The notes under the pieces were generated by a model that was not told where the DNA came from, ran no database searches, and worked only from the letters and a program-made list of their open reading frames with translations. A stretch of DNA of 39,778 nucleotides from Eubacteriales bacterium. GTDB taxonomy: Bacteria; Bacillota; Clostridia; Oscillospirales; CAG-272. Below are positions 8,674 to 15,014 of the stretch, piece by piece; within the stretch, counting starts at the first letter, position 1; each line of letters opens with the position of its first letter. Both the position numbers and the translations under genes were made by a program. Location: contig JAZRJC010000112.1 in NCBI GenBank assembly GCA_045645605.1, positions 1 through 39,778 of the forward strand. Reading direction: 5' to 3'.

Positions 8674-8971
8674 TTTCAAGCTCTCCCTCAAGGGCATCGA
8701 AAAGCTCGCTTGAGATTTCCGCCTCAAGGATTCTTCCGAGTCTACCCGACTTACGAACCTTACGAAGACAAGCGAGGGAAGGACAAATATAAGCTCCTCT
8801 GCCTGCTTTTTTTCCTGTGAAATCAAGCTCGGTTACCCCGTCCGCCGTTCTTACGATTCGGATAAGCTCTGTTTTGGGCTTTTTTTCGTTACAGCCCATA
8901 CACTGTCTTTCGGGAAGCTTTCTTTTTTGTATATTTTTTTGCATTTTATGACAATGGCTTTTGCTTGGCAA
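8660..8971 (-). CDS. ylxR: YlxR (DUF448, RnpM-like) RNA-binding protein
   Basis: Contains PERQCMGCNEKKPKTELIRIV and KKAGRGAYICPSLACLRK. The start is TTG at 8971, 6 nt after GGAGG. An alternative ATG lies at 8944. The stop overlaps the ylxQ start by 14 nt. Confidence 0.85.
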   Translation of the reverse strand: MPSKSHCHKMQKNIQKRKLPERQCMGCNEKKPKTELIRIVRTADGVTELDFTGKKAGRGAYICPSLACLRKVRKSGRLGRILEAEISSELFDALEGELENGNK

Positions 8972-9000
8972 AAGCTTCCTCCTTTTTTGCGAGGGTTGAA

Positions 9001-10026
9001 TTATTCAGCCTTGATGTCTATCTTGAAGCCTGTCAAGCGGGCTGCCAGACGGGCGTTTTGTCCCTCTTTACCGATAGCAAGCGAAAGCTGGTCAGCAGCA
9101 ACCGTAACGCGGCAGCTGTGCTCGCCGTCAAGCTCAACACCGAGAACGTTTGCGGGAGCAAGCGCTGCCTTGATGTATTCCTCGGGAGTTTCGCTGTAAT
9201 TTATGATGTCGATCTTCTCGCCGCAAAGCTCGTCAACGATATTTGCGATTCTCATACCGCGTGAGCCGATACAAGCGCCAACTGCGTCAACGTCCTCGTC
9301 GCGAGAGAACACCGCAATCTTGCTTCTTGGGCCTGCCTCGCGGGCGATCCCCTTAATAACGATCGTGCCGTCCTGAATCTCGGGGATTTCAAGCTCGAAC
9401 ATACGCTTAACGAGACCGGGGTGAACACGGGAGAGAGTAACGAGCGGGCCCTTGCTCTCCTTGTTAACCTCTATAACGAACACCTTTATCTTGTCGCCGA
9501 CTCTGAGAATCTCGCCGGGGATCTGCTCGGAGCGGAGAAGAACGGCAGTGCTTGTGTCTGTGTCAATAACGGCGTTGAGAGAATCGGGGTCAACCTTGTG
9601 AACTGTTGCCGTTATAATCTCTTCCTTCTTGTTTTCATACGCCTCCTGCATAGCCTTGCGTTCGCCCTCGCGTATGCCCTGAATGATTACGCTCTTGGCA
9701 GCACCGGCACTGAGACGTCTGAAATTCTTTGTTTTCATTTCGGTTTCAACAATTTTGCCGAGAGCATATCTCTTGCTTATTGCCTTTGCGTCCTCAAGAG
9801 ATATCTGAGCCGTCGGATTTTCAACGACCTCAACGACCTCTCTCTGCTGATAAACTTTAACGTCCTTCTTTTTTTCGTCGATTGAAACACGCACATTTGT
9901 GTTGTTTCCGTATTCCTTTTTGTAAGCTGCTACGAGAGCCGCTTCAATTTTCTCGAACATATATTCCTTTGGAATACCCTTCTCCTTTTCGAGAAGCTCG
10001 AGAGCTGTGAAAAACTCTGAATTCAT
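9001..10026 (-). CDS. nusA: Transcription termination/antitermination factor NusA
   Basis: The N-terminal domain, S1 domain and two KH domains are recognisable (ACIGSRGMRI, LAIGKEGQNARLAARLTG). The gene sits in the operon position after rimP. Confidence 0.95.
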   Translation of the reverse strand: MNSEFFTALELLEKEKGIPKEYMFEKIEAALVAAYKKEYGNNTNVRVSIDEKKKDVKVYQQREVVEVVENPTAQISLEDAKAISKRYALGKIVETEMKTKNFRRLSAGAAKSVIIQGIREGERKAMQEAYENKKEEIITATVHKVDPDSLNAVIDTDTSTAVLLRSEQIPGEILRVGDKIKVFVIEVNKESKGPLVTLSRVHPGLVKRMFELEIPEIQDGTIVIKGIAREAGPRSKIAVFSRDEDVDAVGACIGSRGMRIANIVDELCGEKIDIINYSETPEEYIKAALAPANVLGVELDGEHSCRVTVAADQLSLAIGKEGQNARLAARLTGFKIDIKAE

Positions 10027-10061
10027 TTCTTTTTCCTTTCAATTATATATGATATTTTTTA

Positions 10062-10535
10062 TCAATCGAAATTATATACCGTCTGAAGCTTTGCAACCTT
10101 TGCTCTCTCAAACTTCATTTCACCGTTATCGGTTTTTATAACGATGTTTCCTTGCTCGTCGATGGGGCAAAGCACGCCCTTGAAGGACTTTGCACCGTCA
10201 AGCGGAGCGAAAAGACGAACCTCAACGTCCCAATCGCAGCAGGCGGCAATATGCATATCGTTTTTGAGATCGCGCTCAATACCGGGGGAGCTGACCTCAA
10301 GGTTGTAGGCCTCCTCAATAGGATCTGCCTCGTCGAGAGCGGGGTCGATTGCGCGGTGGAATTTCTCGCAGTCCTCAATGCCGACACCCTCCTCGCTGTC
10401 AATGGTGATTCGCAGAACGCGGCGGGCCCCCTCCTTTACGAACTCGACGTCCCAGATGAAAAGACCGAGCTCCTCTGCTATCGGCTCTGCCAGGGAGATG
10501 ACCGTTTCAACAACGCCCGAAGATTTTTTAACCAT
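10062..10535 (-). CDS. rimP: Ribosome maturation factor RimP
   Basis: A 157-aa protein containing LRITIDSEEGVGIEDCEKFHRAIDPALD and EVSSPGIERDL. It is the first gene of the nusA-infB operon, with RBS AAGGAGA. Confidence 0.9.
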   Translation of the reverse strand: MVKKSSGVVETVISLAEPIAEELGLFIWDVEFVKEGARRVLRITIDSEEGVGIEDCEKFHRAIDPALDEADPIEEAYNLEVSSPGIERDLKNDMHIAACCDWDVEVRLFAPLDGAKSFKGVLCPIDEQGNIVIKTDNGEMKFERAKVAKLQTVYNFD

Positions 10536-10587
10536 TAAAAATTCTCCTTTTACGAAATATATTAAAAATAAATAGAATTACAACAAA

Positions 10588-10615
10588 TTGAGAGTGGACT
10601 TTCGCCCACTCTCAA
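10588..10615 (-). terminator. Putative intrinsic terminator downstream of asnA
   Basis: A 10-bp stem, TTGAGAGTGG (10588..10597) paired with CCACTCTCAA (10606..10615). On the minus strand it is followed by TTTGTTGTAATTC, a modest T-rich tail. Confidence 0.55.
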
Positions 10616-10698
10616 GGAAAAATATACTTTACATTAACTATTATAACACAAAAAACAATAATTGCAATAGTTTTTTGAAATTTTTTCAACTTTTTTAA

Positions 10699-11703
10699 TT
10701 AAAGGAGCTTAATTCCTCGCTCACGGCACTCGTCAACAAGTGTTTTAGGCCAGAAAGAGGACTGAACCTCACCGATATGAGCCTTACGCAAGAAGAACAT
10801 ACACATTCTCGACTGACCGATGCCGCCGCCGATGGTATAAGGAAGCTCCTTTGAGAGGAGTGCCTTGTGGAAGGGGAGCTCTTTTCTCTCTGTGCAGCCT
10901 CTTATCTCGAGCTGACGCATAAGTGCTTCCTCGTCAACGCGGATACCCATTGAAGAAAGCTCAAGCGAGATATCGAGAACGGGATAGTAAACGATAAGGT
11001 CGCCGTTAAGCTCCCAATCGTCATAGTCGGGGGCGCGCCCGTCGTGCGGCTTGCCCGACTTCAATGCTCCGCCTATCTTCATAAGGAAAACGGCGCCGCA
11101 TTTTTTTGAAATTTCGTATTCTCTTTCCTTCGGAGTCTTGTCGGGGTACATATCCTCAAGCTCCTGCGACGTGATAAATGTGACATCCTCGGGAAGAAGG
11201 CTTTCGATAAAATTGTAATCGTCAACGATGTAGTTTTCCGTGTGGCGGAGGGCGGCATAAATGCAGCGAACCGTCTTTTTCAGAGTTTCAACAGTTCTCT
11301 CCTCGTGTGAAATTATCTTTTCCCAGTCCCACTGGTCAACGAAGATAGAATGGATATTGTCTGTTTCCTCGTCGCGACGAATGGCGTTCATATCTGTATA
11401 AAGTCCCTCGCCGAGCTTGAAATCGTATTCGGCAAGAGCCATTCTCTTCCATTTTGCAAGCGAATGAACAATCTCAAATTCCTCGCCCGAAAAAACAGAG
11501 AAGGTAACGGGACGCTCAACCCCGTTAAGGGTGTCGTTAAGGCCGCTTGTTGTTTCAACGAAAAGGGGAGCAGACACTCTTGTCAGATTAAGCTCTATCG
11601 CGAGCTGACGCTCGAAAAAGTCCTTGACCTTTTTGATTGCGTGCTCGGTCTGACGAACAGACAGAGAGGATTTATATCCCTTTGGAATAACTGATTTACT
11701 CAT
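10699..11703 (-). CDS. asnA: Aspartate--ammonia ligase (asparagine synthetase A)
   Basis: Resembles AsnA along its full length, including [46 protein letters not shown] and [14 protein letters not shown]. Confidence 0.9.
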   Translation of the reverse strand: MSKSVIPKGYKSSLSVRQTEHAIKKVKDFFERQLAIELNLTRVSAPLFVETTSGLNDTLNGVERPVTFSVFSGEEFEIVHSLAKWKRMALAEYDFKLGEGLYTDMNAIRRDEETDNIHSIFVDQWDWEKIISHEERTVETLKKTVRCIYAALRHTENYIVDDYNFIESLLPEDVTFITSQELEDMYPDKTPKEREYEISKKCGAVFLMKIGGALKSGKPHDGRAPDYDDWELNGDLIVYYPVLDISLELSSMGIRVDEEALMRQLEIRGCTERKELPFHKALLSKELPYTIGGGIGQSRMCMFFLRKAHIGEVQSSFWPKTLVDECRERGIKLL

Positions 11704-11737
11704 ATATCTAACCTCAAATTTATTTTACGTTATATTA

Positions 11738-11766
11738 ATTTTACCCGTTTTCGCCTCTTATGTCAA
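11738..11766 (-). promoter_or_regulatory. Putative sigma-A promoter for asnA
   Basis: The minus strand reads TTGACA (11766..11761), a 17-nt spacer, then TAAAAT (11743..11738), about 35 nt upstream of the asnA ATG. Confidence 0.55.
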
Positions 11767-11826
11767 TAGAATTTTGAAATTAGGTGTATTTTTATTCCTA
11801 TGCGACGGAAAAATCAAACGGTCGGA

Positions 11827-12891
11827 TTAAAGCTCTATAAGCTCCTTCGTGCTTTCTGTGAAATTAAGAGAGCCGTTCTCGGTAATAGCTAGCATATCCT
11901 CGATTCGACATCCGTATTTGCCGGGGATATAGATTCCGGGCTCAACAGTTACCACGTTCCCCCTTGTCAAAAGAATCTTCGGGTCGGCAGAGGGGGAGAG
12001 CCTCGGAGACTCGTGAATATACATTCCAACTCCGTGTCCAAGTCCGTGTCCGAAGCAGCCCTCGTATCCTGCGGTGTTTATTATATCACGCGCGGCCCTG
12101 TCACACTCAAAGCCGGAAACACCTTCGCGGAGCATCTCGATTCCCGCTTTTTGTGCCGACCTCACCGTGTTATATAGCTTTTTCATTTCGTTATCAGCTA
12201 CCCCTAAAACGACAGTTCTCGTCATATCCGAGCAATATCCGTCGAGTGTGGCACCAAAGTCAAGCGTCAGAAAGCCACTCTCGAGCCTTTTGTTTTGCGG
12301 AGTGCCGTGCGGCATTGACGAGGATTTGCCCGAGACTGAAATCGTGTCGAAGGCAATTCCGTCAGCACCGTTTTTCCGCATAAAAAATTCAAGCTCAAGT
12401 GCTACGTCTATCTCGGTTGCGGAGGGGGTTATATAGCCGAGAATATGAGAGAACGCCATATCGGTCAGGCGTTGTGCCTCCTTGATTTTTTGAAGCTCGT
12501 CATCGGTTTTCACCTGACGCATCTCGTCTAAAATCCTTGTTCCGCCAATAAGCGAGACGTTATCGAATTTCTCGGAAAAACGAATATAGTCGGCGTGTGA
12601 AAGAGAGCCGTCCTCGACACAAAGCGTCTTTACGTTGTTTTCTGCAAGAAGAGCTACGACCTCAAGAAGCATGGAGGAGCTTGGAATCACGATATCAAAG
12701 AGGTTGCTGTGAGCCTCTGCCGCCTCTGCATAGCGGAAGTCTGTGATTATATAGGATTTATTTCTCGTTACAAGCACGTATCCATCCGAGAAGGCGAAAT
12801 CGGATATATAGCGCTGATTTATCTCGGACGTCAGAAGAAATCCGTCGGCCGTCGGGGGCAGAAGAGATAGAAGTCGTGATGTTTTTTCCAT
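11827..12891 (-). CDS. M24B family Xaa-Pro aminopeptidase/dipeptidase
   Basis: A creatinase-like N domain is followed by a pita-bread domain with metal ligands in DFGATLDGYCSDMTRT, HGLGHGVG, VTVEPGIY and CRIEDM. I chose the ATG at 12891, preceded by AAAGGAGC. The track ORF extends to a TTG at 12954. Confidence 0.85.
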   Translation of the reverse strand: MEKTSRLLSLLPPTADGFLLTSEINQRYISDFAFSDGYVLVTRNKSYIITDFRYAEAAEAHSNLFDIVIPSSSMLLEVVALLAENNVKTLCVEDGSLSHADYIRFSEKFDNVSLIGGTRILDEMRQVKTDDELQKIKEAQRLTDMAFSHILGYITPSATEIDVALELEFFMRKNGADGIAFDTISVSGKSSSMPHGTPQNKRLESGFLTLDFGATLDGYCSDMTRTVVLGVADNEMKKLYNTVRSAQKAGIEMLREGVSGFECDRAARDIINTAGYEGCFGHGLGHGVGMYIHESPRLSPSADPKILLTRGNVVTVEPGIYIPGKYGCRIEDMLAITENGSLNFTESTKELIEL

Positions 12892-12943
12892 AAAAGCTCC
12901 TTTCTGATAAGGCTTTTGGGGTGAGGCGTTCGCCGTTCCTTTG

Positions 12944-13939
12944 TTATACGCCAAAGGCCTCTGCGATTTTCTCCTCGTTTATCTTTGAGCCGATGACGCA
13001 AAGTCTGCCGATAACGGCGGCACAGCCAAGTCTTACGTCGGGCTCACCCGGTACGTAGTCAAAATGAATCCATGTGCCGTCACCTCCGCGAAGGATACCC
13101 TTTGCACGCAGAATCATGCCGTATTTTTCGTCACCCTCTGCAAATTCGGAAAGAATTGCCTTAATCTCGTCCTCTGTAAATGATTTCGTCGTTTCAACAC
13201 CCCAGCTTGAGAATACCTCGTCGGCGTGGTGATGATGCTCGTGGCAGTGACATTCTTCTTCATCGTGGTGGTGATGCTTGTGGCAGTGACACTCCTCGTA
13301 GTCATGGTGATGATGCTCAAGCTCGGAAAGCTCGTCCACGAGGGTGTTTTTTCTCTCGGAGGCCTCAAGAATCTGTTTGCCCGAAAGCTCGTCCCAAGGG
13401 GTCGTAACGATCGTGGCATTCTTATTATGCTCGCGAATAAGAGAGAGCGCCTCGGCGATCTTCTCTTCCTTTGCGTTGTCGGTATGGCTCAAAATTATGC
13501 AACCTGCATTTTCGATCTGGTCGCAGTAAAATTCACCGAAATTTTTTATGTACATTTTGCACTTATTAACGTCGGCAACCGTCGTAAAGCTGCCAAGCAC
13601 GGCATCGTGATCATCGATTTCGGATACTGCACGGATAACGTCGCTCAGCTTTCCGACCCCCGAAGGCTCAATAAGTATTCTGTCGGGAGCGAACTCACGA
13701 ATAACCTTTTTGAGAGCCTCGGTGAAATCTCCGACGAGAGAACAGCAGATACAGCCCGAGTTCATCTCGGTGATCTCGATTCCCGAATCCTGCAAAAAGC
13801 CGCCGTCAATACCTATCTCTCCGAACTCGTTTTCGATAAGAACAAGCTTCTCGCCGACGTACGCTTCCTTTATAAGCTTTTTAATAAGCGTGGTTTTTCC
13901 CGCACCGAGAAAACCCGAAAAAATATCAATTCTTGTCAT
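12944..13939 (-). CDS. COG0523 (CobW/HypB/UreG-type) GTPase metallochaperone with a His/Cys-rich insert
   Basis: Contains the P-loop GFLGAGKTT, the CxCC motif GCICCS, and a CobW_C-like C-terminal domain. Between the domains lies the insert HHHHDYEECHCHKHHHHDEEECHCHEHHHH. RBS GGAGG sits 6 nt upstream of the ATG at 13939. Confidence 0.85.
   Translation of the reverse strand: MTRIDIFSGFLGAGKTTLIKKLIKEAYVGEKLVLIENEFGEIGIDGGFLQDSGIEITEMNSGCICCSLVGDFTEALKKVIREFAPDRILIEPSGVGKLSDVIRAVSEIDDHDAVLGSFTTVADVNKCKMYIKNFGEFYCDQIENAGCIILSHTDNAKEEKIAEALSLIREHNKNATIVTTPWDELSGKQILEASERKNTLVDELSELEHHHHDYEECHCHKHHHHDEEECHCHEHHHHADEVFSSWGVETTKSFTEDEIKAILSEFAEGDEKYGMILRAKGILRGGDGTWIHFDYVPGEPDVRLGCAAVIGRLCVIGSKINEEKIAEAFGV
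13226..13315 (-). repeat. In-frame 39-nt tandem duplication encoding the HHHH-DxEE-CHCH-x module
   Basis: On the plus strand, GTGGTGATGATGCTCGTGGCAGTGACATTCTTCTTCATC is followed directly by GTGGTGGTGATGCTTGTGGCAGTGACACTCCTCGTAGTC and then ATGGTGATGATG. That is two 13-codon units plus a partial third. Confidence 0.9.
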
Positions 13940-13981
13940 TTTTATCCTCCATAAAGAGCTATAGTCTTATTCATAAAAGGT

Positions 13982-14010
13982 ATTATAGCACAAAAATGCG
14001 AAAAAGTAAA
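13982..14010 (-). promoter_or_regulatory. Putative promoter for the COG0523-aminopeptidase pair
   Basis: The minus strand reads TTTACT (14010..14005), a 17-nt spacer, then TGC-TATAAT (extended -10; hexamer 13987..13982), about 40 nt upstream of the COG0523 start. Confidence 0.4.
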
Positions 14011-14062
14011 GTGAAGTGAAACAACTTCTGTATTTGACGTGAGCAAACGGCGAAAAGAGGTT

Positions 14063-14461
14063 TTATTTTTTTGCCGCTTTCCTTTGTGAGATTTTTTGCA
14101 AAAAAATTCGTATTTTCTTGTCTCTCAGAAGCGTGAAGATTCCCGACGCGACAAGCATTCCGCCGAAAATTTTTCGCACGACGCCATCGTCAAGAATGCC
14201 GACGAGATAACAGCCGAGAAGACTTCCGAGAATGCCGAAGGCGGCAAAAATCAAAAGCACGGGGAGACTGATTTTCCTTTTGAACAAATGATAAAGGAGA
14301 GCCGCCCCCGATGAGAAAATAAAAAAGAGCAGATTTATCCCTTGGATTGTAACTTGGGTGTATTCTGTTGAAAGGTTTAGAAAAATAACGAGCAGTCCAC
14401 CGCTGCCAAGTCCCATACCCGAGAGAAGTGCGGCGATGAAAGCAGCAATAATATTAAGCAT
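14063..14461 (-). CDS. Half-size TauE/SafE (TSUP) family permease, second gene of the pair
   Basis: A 132-aa protein with about 4 predicted TM helices and a Gly-rich motif (SGMGLGSGGLLVIFL). It has its own strong RBS (GGGGAGGAGATT-ATG). Confidence 0.75.
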   Translation of the reverse strand: MLNIIAAFIAALLSGMGLGSGGLLVIFLNLSTEYTQVTIQGINLLFFIFSSGAALLYHLFKRKISLPVLLIFAAFGILGSLLGCYLVGILDDGVVRKIFGGMLVASGIFTLLRDKKIRIFLQKISQRKAAKK

Positions 14462-14485
14462 AATCTCCTCCCCAATGGCTATGGG

Positions 14486-14875
14486 TTACTTGAAAATCAT
14501 AAAGATTCCCGACCAGATAATAAGAAGCCCGAAGATTCGTTTGAGCCAGGCGGCGCTTATTTTTGTCAGTAAAGCAGCACCGATAGTCCCTCCGACGACG
14601 GCGGGCAGAATATACGGCTCAAAGCTATCCGCCGCCAAAGCCCCCCGACGTGCGTAAATGAAGGCAGACACAAGGGAAATAGGAAGCGTTGCTCCTATAA
14701 CGGTGGCAAAGGCGTCCTTCGTTTCCTTTCCGCTTTTTCTGTAAATGAGCTCGAGGGTAAAGATCATAATAATTCCACCGCCCGCACCGAGAAGTCCGTT
14801 GAGCACCCCTGCCGCAAAGCCGCCTGCCGATAAAAGAAGAAGGGTGGCAAGACCCGATAATTTTTTCTTGTTCAT
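14486..14875 (-). CDS. Half-size TauE/SafE (TSUP) family permease, first gene of the pair
   Basis: A 129-aa protein with about 4 TM helices and the motif GVLNGLLGAGGGIIMIF. It ends with a clean TAA stop 24 nt before the next gene. Confidence 0.75.
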   Translation of the reverse strand: MNKKKLSGLATLLLLSAGGFAAGVLNGLLGAGGGIIMIFTLELIYRKSGKETKDAFATVIGATLPISLVSAFIYARRGALAADSFEPYILPAVVGGTIGAALLTKISAAWLKRIFGLLIIWSGIFMIFK

Positions 14876-14903
14876 AATTTTACATCCATTTTATAAATAT
14901 CTC

Positions 14904-14932
14904 TTGTAAAATCGTGCGCTTTGTGATACAAT
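14904..14932 (+). promoter_or_regulatory. Putative sigma-A promoter for ftsK
   Basis: TTGTAA (14904..14909), a 17-nt spacer, then TACAAT (14927..14932), with TGA immediately upstream (extended -10). Confidence 0.5.
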
Positions 14933-15014
14933 ATGATTAACTGTATGTTTATTTTTTCACGTACGTGTCTCGAATATACATAAAATAAAGGAAAATGAAA
15001 GGAAGCTTTAATAT

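Noticed and set aside
8674-8826. A 51-codon N-terminal extension of the ylxQ ORF
   Set aside because: It would overlap ylxR in another frame by more than 150 nt. The conserved YlxQ sequence begins at the ATG at 8673.
11704-11826. A possible T-box leader upstream of asnA
   Set aside because: The intergenic region is only 123 nt and contains a promoter about 35 nt from the ATG. That is too short for a T-box (over 200 nt), and no T-box consensus (AAUUAGGGUGGNACCGCG-like) is visible.
13226-13954. A 242-aa + strand ORF, plus 13114..13419, 13180..13407 and 13344..13529
   Set aside because: These are shadow frames of the COG0523 gene. The His-codon repeats (CAT/CAC) read as Met/Val runs on the opposite strand and keep the frame open.
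13940-14062. A Zur box upstream of the COG0523 gene
   Set aside because: I looked for the Firmicute Zur consensus (TCGTAAT-N-ATTACGA) and did not find it. Only a weak TTAT-GA-ATAA palindrome is present. Zinc regulation therefore cannot be claimed from the sequence.
14462-14485. The possibility that the two TauE halves are one gene broken by a frameshift (a pseudogene)
   Set aside because: The first ORF ends at an in-frame TAA after a complete 4-TM unit. The second has its own strong SD and ATG and begins a complete 4-TM unit. Both halves are of similar size, which is consistent with a true split.
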